From assembly GCF_006345805.1 (NCBI RefSeq), contig NC_043016.1, forward strand, positions 26,598,001-26,662,000: DNA of 64,000 bases, given 5' to 3'. The position numbers and the translations under genes were made by a program. The notes beneath the pieces were generated by a model. It had not been told where the DNA came from. It did not search any database and worked only from the letters and a program-made list of their open reading frames with translations. This stretch comes from Octopus sinensis. Taxonomy: Eukaryota. This document shows positions 45,801-60,295 of this stretch, one piece after another; positions within the stretch are counted from its first letter, which is position 1, and each line of letters opens with the position of its first letter.

Positions 45801-47548
45801 ACCAAGTAACTTGCAGACAAGAAATTTGAGAAGGGAGGGGGAATTAGAGGAGGTGATCTTGTGTCAGATGATGAAAGGTTAGAGTTTGACTCCCAGTATA
45901 TATAAAAGGCTTCTATCACAGTTTCTGTCTACTAAATTCACTCACATTTGGTCACCCGAGAGCTAAAGTAGAAGATACTTGCCCAAAATACCATGCAGTG
46001 ATATTAAACACAAAATTACCTGTGGCAGGTTTTCATTATAAACAAAATTTTTAATGAATATTTTCATAAATTGGAATTGGAAGATCAATTTTCTGAAATT
46101 TAAAACTCAAATCTTGAATTTTAAAAAAAGAGAGAGAGAAAAAAATCTCTTCTTTGAACCCTTTTCCATAGTGCAGTTTTTGGTGGAATAGTGGGGTGGA
46201 AAAAATGGATGGATGGATTCAACTTTGAAAAGTAAATTGAAACTCATTATTGATTCAAATTCAAATTTCCATTGAATCTGATATATTTCAATATTCAGTT
46301 TTTTTTTTTTTTTAGAATTAATTTTTTTTTCATTCCATGCCAAATTCCTATCCATTCAGATTTCACACAAATTTAAGCAAAAAAAAAAAAAATCTGTTAT
46401 ATTAATTTCAAGTTTCATGTCAAGAATAATAAAAAAGAAAATGGATAAAAAGTAAATTTATCCTCATGAAGTAAAACCAACAAATTAGATTAGAATAAAA
46501 ATTTTGAAATGCAATTCAAGTAGAGTTTATTACAAGCATAGATAGATGCAGGTTGAAAGTTGTTCACTGAATGACTTTTTGATAGAAGTATATTTTTGAA
46601 CAACATTTTAAGCATCATTAAGGCTTCATCTCAATTTATGTCAGTTGTACATTTCTTTCATTCCATTCATAAATATATATATGGTGTATATTCTCAATGT
46701 GTTATATAATCCTCAAAGTGTGTTACTACACTGCTCGATGTAGGTAACACAAAAAGTCATGATTTTAATGGAGATTGTATAAAGAAGTAGAGTAAAAAAA
46801 ATATCGTTTTTATAACCACTTTTTCAATATTAGTATCGGTCAGATGCGATTTTGCTGAGGCAGATATTCTACAGCTGGATGCTCCTTCTGTCACCAACCA
46901 ACACTTGTTTCCATGTAGGGTAATATTCCTCATAAACAGATACGTTTTCAATGAAAATTAGGAATGAAGGACTCTTCTTGCTTGGCAGTGGCATTCATTC
47001 ACAAACTATACTGTGAAGTTGAAACAAAGAGACAATAACATACACACAAACTCATAATCACACAATCATACTTATATATATATATATATAGATACAGATA
47101 AATAGATAGATAGGTAGGCACTTCCCTTGATGATTTTATCCATGAACTGTTTACGAGTGCGTAGTTATACAGATACATGTCATGCATATTGGTAGACCAA
47201 TGGGCTCCACATGCATGTTTCTACATGTAATGCATCGGTCCTGTATGTGCTTATATATGACTATAATGTGGCGCCGGTGATGATTTAGAAGTATATACAT
47301 TATCATGGTGCATGCAGTTACTTCTATATTTCTGAAAACTAATTGTTGTCATAATAATAATAATAATAATGAAAATTTCTTCCTCCCCTTTATCTCCTTC
47401 CACACATAGCAGTTGTGTACCCATGAAGGCTTTACAGGACTAAAAGAAAATCTAATTGTAATCAATGCTGCAACCTGTACCTACTTACACTAAGCTGAAG
47501 GACCCGTTACCTTCAGGCAAGTAGCCACAAGGATTTTCTTCTTTCCAG

Positions 47549-48150
47549 ATGTTGAAAACACCCCCACAACTTCCTTCTCAGGCTTCCCAGGTTCACAAGC
47601 TCAGAGTTGTCACAATCAATGCTGACACTGTGAAAGACAGATCTGGCAAGATTGTTGAAATGCTAGAGCAAAGGCATGTAAATGTGTGCTGTGTGCAAGA
47701 GGGGAGCCTAAGCTAGACTACTTGGGGAGATGGAGGGGAGCCTAAGCTAGACTACTTGGGGAAACAGAAACATAGATACAAGTTTTTCTGGGTGGCTACC
47801 AATGATAGGTTAGCTGGTGTAGGTATCTTTTGGCAGAAAAATGAGTGGGTAAGGTGATTGAAGTAGTCAAGGTGTGTGATAGGATTATTAAGCTGAGATT
47901 AGTCCTGTTTCATGTAACAGTGTCATTTATTTCTGCATGTTAGACTGGACTTGCAGATATTTACAAGGACAATTTCTATGAATCCCTTCTACAGACTGTT
48001 TCAACAATGAAAGACAATAACATTCTCATAATGGCAGGGGACTTCAATGGCCATGTTGAAAAACACTCCAACAGTTTTCATGGCATGCATGGAGGTTAAC
48101 TGTTTAGTTCCAGAAATGAAGAGGGAACAAAGCTGCTAGAGTTCTGTGGT
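47549..48150 (+). mobile_element. RTE LINE 5' fragment (APE N-terminus), older subfamily
   Basis: MLKTPP...HKLRVVTINADTVKDRSGKIVEMLEQRHVNVCCVQE; downstream ggggacttcaatggccatgttg (GDFNGHV). Confidence 0.8.
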
Positions 48151-48231
48151 GCTCCTGTTAAATATTAATTTTAAAAAATATACATATGCTCATGTATACT
48201 AGTTCTATTTTTCCTGTTTACATCACCTTAC

Positions 48232-48280
<49 letters not shown>

Positions 48281-48634
48281 ATATTTATACAATGCATATA
48301 TGTATTTTCAGTGGGGTGGCAAGTTCAAAAGAGATTTGTCTGGAACAATGTATTTAAAACAAAGATAAATCTGAGAGCAAATAAAATATTTAATCTGTAA
48401 ACATTAGTCCAACAAAATATATAGTTCTTGGAGAACTGTATGTGAAACAAAATATATTTTGTTGGACTGAAGATAATGAATTATTTATATATATACACAC
48501 ACACAATTTTGTGGGTAGAAGGTACCACTGAACACATTTGGTACAAGTTACATATATTATTTTGTAACTGTTTGATTCAGCTCCATGCAACTTAAAGTTT
48601 CAGTCTCATGAATTGAAGTTAACTTGTAGAACTT

Positions 48635-48689
<55 letters not shown>

Positions 48690-49304
48690 TGTTCTGTTTC
48701 CTTTCACTTTTATTTATGTACTGAAATAAATGTCTTGTATTCTTATTCTACGTTCTGCTACTTTTATTGCATTTTGATAGCATAGTACTAAAATATAGCC
48801 CTGCAAGACTTAAAAAAAATTTAATCAGCCTTTAATAGCTGAAGAGGATTACGACTATTATTGCTTCTCTCATTAATAATTATTAATGAGAGTAGTACAA
48901 CAAACATCATGAACATAAAATGGAATCTAACAGAGATTAGATAAAATAATTAAGATAATTATTGTTTCATTTATTTACCACCAGGACTCCATCCATCCAT
49001 TCATTAATTCATTTAAAACAACAATTGTTATAAAAAGGTTTACAGGAGGACATGTGGCGATGTTCAAATACATTTTCTGCACTTACTCTTTCCATTACAA
49101 TGTAATGTCAAATATGAAAACCACTACCCCCTCTAGACCTATTTGTGGATACAATTTTTTACAGAAATATAATACTTTACTTAATTTTGATTCTGGTGTT
49201 TTGTATTAAACTTCTTGTATTATACAGAGGGTTAAGAGGTCTTTACAATATATATGCATATATGTCTTTATATTATATACATATAGTATGTGTGTGTGTG
49301 TATT

Positions 49305-49501
49305 CTTTTATTTGTTTAGTCATTTGACTGCAGCCATGCTGGAGCACCGCCTTTAGTTGAACAAATCGACCCAAGGAATTATTCCTTGTAAGTCTAGTAC
49401 TTATTCTATTGGTCTGTTTCGCCGAACTAAGTTAAGAGGATGTAAACTCACTATCATCAGTTGTCAGGCAATGGTGGGAGACGAACACAGACACACACAC
49501 T

Positions 49502-49536
<35 letters not shown>

Positions 49537-49720
49537 TATATATATTATATATATATATATATATGACAGACTTCTTTCAGTTTCTGTCTACCAAATCCAT
49601 TCACAAGGCTTTGGTCAGCCCAAGGCTATAGTAGAAGACACTTGCCCAAGGTGCCACGCAGTGGGGCTGAACTCAGAACCATCATGTTGGGAAGCAAGCT
49701 TCTTAATCACACAGCTACGC
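49305..49720 (-). mobile_element. SINE family A
   Basis: Complete reverse-complement copy. Confidence 0.85.
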
Positions 49721-49754
49721 CAATTGTGTGTGTATACACTTTATAAATGCATGC

Positions 49755-50275
49755 ACAGGCATGGCTGTTTGTAAGAACTTTTGCTTCCTAACTTCATTGT
49801 CTCAGATCCAGTCTCATTGCATGACGAAAGTCTCGTGAGTGGATTTGATGGACAGAAACTGAAAGGCGGTGAGCTGGCAGAAACGTTAGCGCGCCGGGCG
49901 AAATGCTTAGCGGTATTTCGTCTGCCGTTACGTTCTGAGTTCAAATTCCGCCGAGGTCGACTTTGCCTTTCATCCTTTCGGGGTCGATTAAATAAGTACC
50001 AGTTACGTACTGGAGTCGATATAATCGACTTAAATTCGTTTTTCTGTCCTTGTTTGTCCTCTCTGTGTTTAGCCCCTTGTGGGTCGTAAAGAAATAAGAA
50101 ACTGAAAGAAGCTTGACGTGTGTATTGCTCGCGCTCGTGTTTCCCTACCCCACTACGATTGACAACCGGGTGTCGATCTTTTTTTTTTATTATTTGATAA
50201 AAACGTACAGGGGTCGATTTGAAGGGCTATGCCTCAGCATGACTACAGTCCAGTGACTGACAAGTAAAGGATAAA
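49755..50275 (+). mobile_element. Decayed SINE family A hosting a SINE B
   Basis: Head at about 49757; body resumes at 50097. Confidence 0.7.
49865..50096 (+). mobile_element. SINE family B, consensus-like, 11-bp TSD
   Basis: TSD agaaactgaaa at 49854-49864 and 50097-50107. Confidence 0.9.
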
Positions 50276-50326
50276 AGAACTATATAACAATATATCCCGG
50301 TATAGTATATACTGTGTATATCTTAC

Positions 50327-50376
50327 AACAGCAGTTGCTGTGACAATTTAGTTGCTGTTGCGGCCACCGCCTCCAT
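50327..50376 (-). CDS. Candidate first coding exon (MEAVAATATKLSQQLL...)
   Basis: ATG at 50376, 50 nt open, donor TT|GTAAGA; GC-rich patch at the edge of the CpG-poor block. An open plus-strand reading is also possible. Confidence 0.3.
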
Positions 50377-50897
50377 CAGTGAAATAACTGAATGGATAGG
50401 TGGTTTGATAAGTATGCGACCAGCAGCAAGCTTTGTTGTTTGAAACTAAGCTAGCTGCCTTTAAGAGAGTTGTTAGACCTGTTAGTTATAGCGGCAAAAT
50501 TATGCTATCTTTAAAACTGGGAGTGACAAAATACACAATGCTAAGGCATAAAAAAAAAAGACAGGATGGACACGGTTGGAATGCCTTTGATGGAAGGTCT
50601 GTTCGATCGTGGTTAAAACTGGGGATTAAACAACAACAAATAAATATTTTTAAAATTGCTAGTAACGATGATTTTTTTTTTTAAACAGAACATCTTGTAC
50701 GACGAGGGATTTTTTTTATCTATCCAGTGGTTCCCAACATCTGCAAAATTTAATGGAATTATTGACGTGTCTTTGCGTTGAATGATTGAGTGATTGATGT
50801 TTTTATGTCGAGTTATATATATATATGGATACAAACTTCAGATTGAAGGATTACTCAGACCCCCCCTCCTTTTTTTTTTTTTGTCTGATAGAGTATA

Positions 50898-51128
50898 TAT
50901 TTCTTTACTACCCACAAGGGTCTAAACACAGAGGGGACAAACAAGGACAGACAAACGGATTAAGTCGATTACATCGATCCCAGTGCGTCACTGGTACTTA
51001 ATTTATCGACCCCGAAAGGATGAAAGGCAAAGTCGACCTCGACGGAATTTGAACTCAGAACGTAACGGCAGACAAAATACGGCTACGCATTTCGCCCGGC
51101 GTGCTAACGTTTCTGCCAGTTCACCGCC
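50898..51128 (-). mobile_element. SINE family B, consensus-like, 17-bp TSD
   Basis: TSD ttgtctgatagagtata at 50881-50897 and 51129-51145. Confidence 0.9.
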
Positions 51129-51771
51129 TTGTCTGATAGAGTATAGTTAACTTTTTACAAGAAGGATGACAGTTACTTCGAAGTCGACTTGCTAGCCGCA
51201 ATCATTCTGATGTCACTGTCAACTTTTTCATTGTAAAAGTTAATAAATAGATAAATAATTAGAAATAGCCAGGTGGAAAGAAAGACAGACAGATATTCAT
51301 GTTTAATATATACATATGTACGCGTACGCGCGCTCACACATTGTTCAAAGGACTATTCAATACAAGTAGGATACAAATAGACTGAAAGAAGCATTCGTTT
51401 TTAACGGAAGGACTTAAAGTTATAAATAATAGCATGTAAATAAATATTGGGTTAAAAAAGACCTTCAGAGAAGTGAAACGTGAAAGCTGCCTACCCAATG
51501 GTAGAACGTCTGTCATGTTTATAGAGAACGTGGGTTCGGTCCCAAGGGTAGAAAGGGTTATTGAACCTAATATTTATCAACATGCTATTATTTATTATTA
51601 TTTATATATATTATATAGCTTTATCTCTGTTGGATTTCTCCATTAAGAACGTATCATTTCAAGTTTCCCGAAATTTCTAAAATGCCATGAAAAAATATAT
51701 ATTTTCAACTGGCCCTATGGATGAGCTTGTGCCGGTTAACAGAAAGTGTTCAGTTATATGTATGTAATATA

Positions 51772-51821
<50 letters not shown>

Positions 51822-53199
51822 GGACTACTTATCCGGCAAGCTTGGTACCGAAGTGTCCCGGATTTCTGGAGACAGTCTAAATATATATTTAAGATATAAA
51901 ATGAAATATGAAAAGTCGAGAACTAAATTGCATTTAACAGATAGAATTTAATACACTTCCAAAAGCAGGGCTTGTTTGATATTTATTGATATACTGAAAA
52001 TTTCTTAAATATACCTTAATGTATACAGTATATTTATGGGATGAAAAATGAACGAAGGAAAGTAAAAATAAAAACATATTTTACTTAATAGATACAAATT
52101 AATGCAATACTAAAGCAGTGTACGTTTAATCTTTACCTACTCAAAAAAGTAAAACAAATTTTTTTTTTTGACACACCGGATGTATATCAACTAACTTCAG
52201 TATATTGCTCGTTATTGCGTTTTTTTTTTCTGGAAATTCTGGAAGCTGGATAAGAAGTTCGATACTATATCTTATGTATTATACTGACTGCATACAAACA
52301 ATACTGCCCATTCAGACATACTGGTGCCTGTCGTGAAGTAGGTCATTGTCATTTGTATCACCCGAATGTTTGTCTCTTATAAATTGACCTACGAAGGATC
52401 TAAATAAACTGCAACAATAAATTTACTTTATTATTACTTTCTATGTGCGCACGCACACACACGTGTGTGTGTGTGTGTGTATGTGTGATGGAGTGCTTTA
52501 CATAAAATGTGTTTACATTTATGCGTGACTGCCAGACCAGATCTATTGGCACCAGTTGTAAGTTCACAGAGTACCAATAAAGCTAAACCTTTTCTCCTTT
52601 GAACAATAATAGGTGCGGCAGTTTATATTATAATTTATTTGATTGCAAACGTGTGTGTGATTAACAGATTAGAAGTGATTTTATTGTTGGAAGAGGCCTA
52701 AGATTTTTACTAAAAATATGACGTAAGACAAACACACACACACGTACGCATACACATATATAGACTCTTAACAAGTTTTGAGGAATCGCCTCGATGAATT
52801 CTGAAAGTAAACGGATCCCAACCCCCGTCTTCAGTATGATTTTAACTTTTGAATTAAATTTCTTGGTTCATAACTAGCACATCCGTGCCGTCAAAAATGC
52901 CGACCGTTTTATTAATGATAGAAAATGGCGCATCAAAACAATGGGAGCGGTGACTTGACTAGTAGTTTTTTAAGTAGAAGGCGTCAACGAGTATTTCCCT
53001 TGCAGTTGCATTCTCTACAAAGGTTGAGTTAACGTTGAGATAATTAGAACAGTGAGCATTTTTTCTTTTTGCATACTTATTTGCATTAGGTATGTTATCA
53101 CTAACTCAACTATTGTTTTTCCACGTGGATGGTGCCTCCGAACAACTTCCCCAGTTGTATACAATGTGTGTGTGTGTGTGTGTTCAAAAGGAAAAGATC

Positions 53200-53233
<34 letters not shown>

Positions 53234-53244
53234 TCCCCCAAAAA

Positions 53245-53745
53245 ACCTCTCCCAGTCAAGTCGTTCCTATTTTTAAAAAGGGGGGATAAATCGCGCCCTG
53301 TAAACTACCGCCCAATCTCACTCAACTTACATATCAAAGTATTTGAGAGAATGTTGAGATCAAGAATAACAGCCATCCTAGAACAAAATCATCTCCTAAA
53401 TTGAAATCAGCATGGCTTTTGTGGTGGGAGGGACTGTCTAACACAGCCCTTCCACCACTTTGATGACGTCTTAAATGCACTAAGTGAGGGCTCCAACGCG
53501 GATGTCATATACCTTGATTTCAGCAAGGCCTTTGATAGAGTCGACCACAATATATTGTTGAAGAAACTATCCAACACAAGAGTCGGTGGAAAGCTACTTC
53601 AATTGGTTGGGTATTTCCTAACAAACAGGAATCTAACAAACAGGTACCCGCAGGGTACCGTGCTGGGTCCACTTCTTTTTATTGTCTGTATCAATGACAT
53701 TACAGATTCCACTGAACATAGCACCATAAAAATATCATCCTAGCA
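53245..53745 (+). mobile_element. CR1-clade LINE RT fragment
   Basis: VVPIFKKG, NYRPISL, NQHGF, DVIYLDFSKAFDRVDH, PQGTVLGPLLF; frameshifts and an internal deletion. Confidence 0.9.
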
Positions 53746-54123
53746 ATTTCGGCTGGGATGATCCGGTTCCTGACTGAAGATTAGAGGCTTCGAATGACCC
53801 GTCCGTTTTTTGGGTCGTCTCTTTGTGTGTTTTGCGTTATTGTCCCATTATGTATTTTTATATATAACTGTGCCCCAGCATGGCCACAACTCGTGAGCTG
53901 AAACTAGATAAAATAAAAAAAATAAAAAAATATTATTGCGGCGTAACGTACACCTTGTTCTCTTATGTATATATATATATATATATACGCGTGCGCACAC
54001 ACACACACGAAAATGACAATATATCTGGTAAGAATTACAGATATTATTTAATAACTAGCATATCCGTGTCGTCACAAATACCGACAATTTTATTGTGTGT
54101 GTGTGAAATTGTTAAAGTAAATA

Positions 54124-54644
54124 CCGTAATTCCTCGAGTATAGTCCGTCCTTGAGTATAATACGCAGGGGATTTTTAGGGGGTTGTACCTCTGAAAAACC
54201 TAAACCTTGTGTATAATACGCATTCCTTCTCTAACTTGAGTCAAGGAGGTCTATATAACGTCCTTGGTTTGTAAAAATGTATACGGTAACGTCCTTTATT
54301 ATTATTGTATATATAACATAATACAAATGTGTAGCTTTTTTGCGCATTTTGTTTGCAAAAAATAAAGAAATAACACTAATAACAATAATAACGTTTAATA
54401 AATGTTGCTTACTGCAAGTTATGGATGATTCTATTATGACTTCATTGCTTTCAGGCTTAGCTTAGGGTATTTTCGCGTCCGACATCACAAAATACATCTG
54501 AATAAACATTGCCGGACAGCAAATAGAGACTCGGACATTGCATAGAAAATAATTTTCATTTTTAACCTCGTATATAGTACGCACTAGGGATTTTGACCTT
54601 TAAATTTTAGGGAAAAAATGCGGATTATACTCGAGGATTTACGG
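54124..54644. mobile_element. Non-autonomous Tc2/pogo-like element, TA TSD
   Basis: TA|ccgtaattcctcgagtatagtccg ... cggattatactcgaggatttacgg|TA. Confidence 0.85.
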
Positions 54645-54969
54645 TATTATTTACGATAAAAATCTGCACAGCGACTTCAAAGTAAAACCCATCGTGACAG
54701 TTCGCCTGCATTTAGCACCTCTCACTGTCAGTCACTCCCGCTCCCTTTGTTGTTATAGTTTCCTTCTACCAGCATGACCGACAGGCGATACGATGCGTTT
54801 TACAATATGACTCGGCTCTAAGCAATTTAGTGTTTTGTTTGGGCTCATAGGACGAACCTAACTCTAGAAGTATCTCAAAAAGACCCTTCTCCATATATGC
54901 CTGATGACGAGACAGGTTCGTCCTATCAATTTCGTATGGAGCTGAGTCAAATTGTTATTAAATAATATA

Positions 54970-55325
54970 CATGCATGGCTGTGTGGTAAGAAGTTCGCTT
55001 CCCATCTACATTGTTCAGGTTTCGATCCCGCTGCGTAGCACCTTGGACAAGCGTCTTCTACTGTAGCTCCAGGCTGATAAAAGCCTTGTGAGTGGATTTG
55101 GTAGACGGAAACTGGAAGTGTGTGTGTGTGCGCGCGCGCGCGCGATTGTATAATATATGTCTTAGTGTTTGTCCTCGCCAACAGCTTCACATCCGGTGTT
55201 GGTTTGTTTACGTCCCCGTGATTTAGTAGTTCGGCAGAACAGTTCGATAGAATAAAGTACCCAGCTTAAAATGCAAATGCTGGAGTTCGACTTGTTTGAC
55301 TAAAAACACGAATGACTGAAGAAAA
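54970..55325 (+). mobile_element. SINE family A
   Basis: Head, internal (GT)/(GC)n and 3' half. Confidence 0.8.
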
Positions 55326-55523
55326 GATCTACATACTCAATGCTTTCTGCTTCATGTCTATACGTATTTTATTATAACTCATTATATATGATCTTAGCTT
55401 CGCCACAGACATACATAGTTAGCTTAGTACATATCTAATGAGCAATCAATCAATCAGTATGCTTTATATTCAACGCCTCTTTTTTTCTGTCTCTTAGTAA
55501 GTACTACATAATTTCTCATAAAT

Positions 55524-55604
<81 letters not shown>

Positions 55605-55902
55605 AGTCTTCTACTAAGTCATTTTCAATCGTTCCACTTCGGTCGTACCAGGCATACTTCAATCAATTATATCGATTGTAGTAATTATTTCAGCCAGGTA
55701 CTTTTTTTTATCGATCTCTGAGGAACTGAACCAGTAGATAGGTTACGATTTTTTAACACAAAGAGACAAATCATCACCGATAAAAACATATTATATGTAT
55801 GCATGATGTAAGGCCTCATATATCTCATTATACATAAGCGCACGTATGAAATACATAGTATATATATTGACCTTCACTCCATTATTATTATTTTATACTA
55901 CG

Positions 55903-55961
<59 letters not shown>

Positions 55962-56272
55962 GCATTATTGTACGTGTATGTGTCTATGTATATTAAACAT
56001 GCTATAATATGCATGCACATACACGTACACGCATTCTATATATGACAATACAATTGGCGATGGTGAATAAGCAAGCTTTTTGATGTTGTATAAAGATGAT
56101 TTAGACAATAAAAGATCCTAAAAGATGATTATCCCTTATACAATCGATGAAGATAGATATTTTCTTTTTAAAATGGTTGCCATATTATGTTATATCATTT
56201 GAGATGACATTAACATCCCATAGGATTTCTCGATTTTACACACGCACGCAAACACACACACACACACGCACG

Positions 56273-56313
<41 letters not shown>

Positions 56314-56629
56314 GCGCCGCACACACACACACACACACACACAGGCTGTCTGTCTGTATGCAGTCCTTGAATCTCCTAAAAAATAGCAATCAAATTTTCA
56401 TCAGATTACAGGTAATTCTCTTTAAAAGAAAAAAAAGGACACACCGCATAACGTAGTGTAAATGTTACTATACCGAAAAAAGAAATGAAAGGAAGGAAAA
56501 AAATGAAATGGTTACAAGTGGAACGGCCTTTAAACCTAGGACTGACCGGATACGACATCAACCACGGTGCTGATGATGGTGATAGAAGTAACGATAGCAG
56601 TGTATAAGTGGAATAAATGTTGACATGCT

Positions 56630-56998
56630 TTCCGTCTTTTGGTTCAGTCATGGGATTGTGGCCATGCTGGGGCACCACTTTGAAGGGTGTGGTCTAATAA
56701 GTCGCCCCATTAATTTTATAGTGTAACACTTATTCTCTTCTTACTTTTTCGACGAACCGCTAAATTACGGGGAAGTAAATGAACCAACACTGGTTGTCAG
56801 GCGATGAGGCTGAGGAAACAAACTCAAAGACATCTATATATATATGTGCTTTGTCCTTCCACAAAGTTTCTGCCAACCTAATTCACTCACAAGATGTTGG
56901 TCGGCTTGGGGTATAGTTGAAGACACTTGCCCAAGGTGCAACACAGTGGGGACTGAACCTGAGACCAAATGATTACAAAGAGAGCTTCTTAACCAGTG
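56630..56998 (-). mobile_element. SINE family A (decayed)
   Basis: Reverse complement: ggccatgctggggcacc...cacttgcccaaggtgc. Confidence 0.75.
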
Positions 56999-58063
56999 AA
57001 CATGACAATTTTAATGAAGTCTGCTTGAATCGAGATAAAGCAGCACTGTTGGACATCGGTCAATTGAAGCTAACATAGTTAAGGGAGATAACCCAAAATA
57101 TATAAGCAAAAACTAGTAAACATTTTCAGAAATGATTTGCCACACCAGAGATACTGGTTAATATAGGAAATATGTAGAGCTGTAAGGCAGAATAATATAC
57201 TATATTATATACAACAGGGGTGACTACTGTGGACATATTTCAATATCATTAGACCTCATCAGAGAAGCATGGTTATTCACGTTCCTGCTAGATCTATGGA
57301 ATTTTAGGGAAATATGAATGATTAAATAACGTTAAACACCGTTGGAAATAATTCGGGAATAACACTGGATGATTGTGTAGTTAGTTGTATATATACTTCG
57401 TTGCCATTGTGATAGCAGATCCGTGGCACACACAGCACACATATGTGTATATAGAAAGAAAAAGAAGAGAAATATAGACGAATACAGGGATATCAAATAT
57501 CTTGCAACATAAGTTCTTGATTTAATACAATTATCTATGCCTTTCGATGATGCATCATAATTACCAAACGGCAATTATGACCAGCCCCACTTGAGGAGGG
57601 ACTATGATATCAAGATTCAAAAATTCTCCTAAGTTAACCTGCCATTAGGGAAAAGGACATGCTAATTGCCTGGAGATAACAAAGTAGTCGTGGTTCTGTA
57701 GCTATCATCTGCACAATAATTACCTGACCTCATCACAGTAGTGAAGATACACAGACTTATCCAAAAAAGAAAAAAAGAACATATTTATAACCAAGGTAAT
57801 TTGTATTATTTAAACAAAAATTAGCTAAGAGAAATAACTGAGAGTGGCTACGAGCATGTATTTAAACAATCTGCACAAATTCAAGTATACCAAACACCTT
57901 AAAATATAAATTCTTAATTTAAGATTTTCTCTTTCTCTAAATAACGCATCATAATTACCAAGTGGCAATTAAAACGAGTTCCACTTGAGGAAGGGAAGTA
58001 ATCTCAAGATATATATGTATGGATTTGTGGGCGTGGGCGTACATGTGTACACACACACACACA

Positions 58064-58370
58064 CAGAGTAATATCTCACTTTACGAGGACCCGCTATACG
58101 AGACACCAGGTTTACGAGTTTCATTTCCAGCTCGCATTTGTATGGTGAGCTGAAAATTTTCAAGCACAATATCTGAATTTTGAACGAACTGCAAAAGTTT
58201 CTACTACCATAACAAATGCTTCTGCGTGTTATCGAGAAATTTATGGAAAACCAAAAAATGCTTCTTCTAAGCAAACAACTCTAGATTTGTTTTTAAAAAA
58301 GAAATCTGCAAGTCCGTCTACGAGTGCTTGTGAATCGGCGATCGTGTCTACAAGTGATGGTGTGCGATAT
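58064..58370 (+). mobile_element. Tigger/pogo-like fragment
   Basis: Terminal-like cagagtaatatctcactttacgagg; NASACYREIYGKPK...QTTLDLF resembles the pogo transposase C-terminus. Confidence 0.6.
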
Positions 58371-58846
58371 ATATATATATATATATAGCCAAACTAAACA
58401 ATAATAACAATCGTCCCTTCCAGGACAGTCACATTATGTTGGCAAATAGTCTTTACTTTAAAGAATTGTTACTGAGTATCTCTCTTTGAGAGATTTAGAA
58501 ATAATAATGTTTCTATTTATTAGATCAGTAATTGTGTGTCATTTTGAAAACTATATATTTTCAAACGGGAATTAGCCAAACAGCTAATCTGTGTTGATAA
58601 AGAGCAATAACCCAAAAACCAGTTCACATGTTGCTTTTTGCTGGATGGAGGTACTGGACTACCTATTCGAAAATATAAGGACACAGATATTGTGTTGTAT
58701 AGCCAGCTGGAAACTATGTCTTCTGGGGCTAAACAACAGTAACAATCGTACCCTTCCAGGACAGCCACATTTATGTTGGCAAATAGTCTTTACTTTAAAG
58801 AACTGTTACTGAATAACTCTCTTTGAGAGATTTAGAAATAATAATG

Positions 58847-58902
<56 letters not shown>

Positions 58903-59822
58903 CACACACACACATATTTATATACATTTGTGTGTGTGTGTATAATAATAATAATAATAAATAAAAAGAGCTATAGAATTAGATGTGTGCTGTTTCAGTC
59001 TCGCAGAACAAGAGTCGTGCCAGTTCCACATTTCTGACTCTGAGGCGTCAATAACTTAAGACACTGGAAGCCAAGTTGTGACTAGACATCATTCATAGAA
59101 TAATGTTTAAAATTTAAACTAAGCAACAAGTTTTTCCCCCGCTAATTGTTTATGATAGAAACAGTTCCAGCCATGTCCATACCACCTTTCTTTTTCATAG
59201 GTAATGTGCAGCCAGGATTACATTATCCATGTTCGTTTTAACTTCTTTTAAGACAGTAGTGTTTGATTTGAGGTATATTTGGTTCCCTCGTACTTATATC
59301 TTCTTGCTCGTCGATTTCTTACCTAAATTGACAGACTCATTCTCTCTGAAATGCTAAATTAGGTATGTGGTCCGAGAGTGCATGAATTCCCTCTCTCTCT
59401 CTCTCTCATACACACACACGCACACAAAAGCAGGGATACGGGCAGCTAAGGAATAAACTAAGGCGATTAAAGGAATAGAGCTGAAAGTGAATAAAAACAA
59501 TGTTTGGCGAGGCCTTTCATAGCTGTTATCTACATTAATTCTTCGTAACTTCAACAACTAAGACGTGACCTTAATCACTTGACATAATTCTGTAAGAAAT
59601 CTAATACTTCGAATAAGAGTTATCTCAGCTTGCTTAAGTACTCTCTAGATTGCTCGAGACAGTTGTTGACACCTCTTGTTAGCTGTTTCTTCTCTATATA
59701 CTAGCATTAAAAATCTTTAAAATAATTTTTCTCTCTCTGCGCGACCTAACACACTTATATGACTCCCCGGAGAGGAATTAACAGATGTTATTGTCAGGAA
59801 GTAGTTCAAGTGAATCCAAAGG

Positions 59823-60030
59823 CTCATCATCATCATTTAACGCTCTTTTCCCATGCTGGCACGGGTTAGACGGTTCGACTGGAACTGGTAAGCAGGAAAG
59901 CTGTACCAGGCTCCAGTGTGTTTTCACTTTGTTTCTACGGCTGGATGCCTTTCCTAACGCCAAACCACTTGATAGAGTGTATTGGGTGCCTTTTATGTGT
60001 CACCAACATTGGCCATGACTACGACATCAC
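59823..60030 (-). mobile_element. RTE 3' tail
   Basis: catcatcatcatttaacgc...ctacggctggatgcctttcctaacgcc. Confidence 0.8.
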
Positions 60031-60169
60031 TTAGCTTGATGTGTCTTGTCAGAAAAATATGGTAGTATTAATACTAAAAATAATTATTTCTAATTGAAAT
60101 ACAAGGCCAGAAAATTTGAAGAGAGGGATATAGTCGATGTTATCACCTAACAACCTCCTCTCTCTTTTT

Positions 60170-60295
60170 ACTCCTTTACTCTTTTAGTTGTTTCAGTCAT
60201 TTGACTGTGGCCATGCTGGAGCACCGCCTTTTAGTCGAGCAAGTCGGCTTCAGGACTTATTCTTTGTAAGCCTAGTACTTATTCTATCGTACTTT
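60170..60295 (-). mobile_element. SINE family A, 3' part
   Basis: tgtttcagtcatttgactgtggccatgctggagcaccgcc. Confidence 0.8.

Noticed and set aside
48867-48892. Perfect 26-bp palindrome
   Set aside because: AT-rich, isolated and short; no associated structure.
49081-49140. Minus-strand exon with a GTAAGT donor
   Set aside because: Stops in all frames and a poor acceptor.
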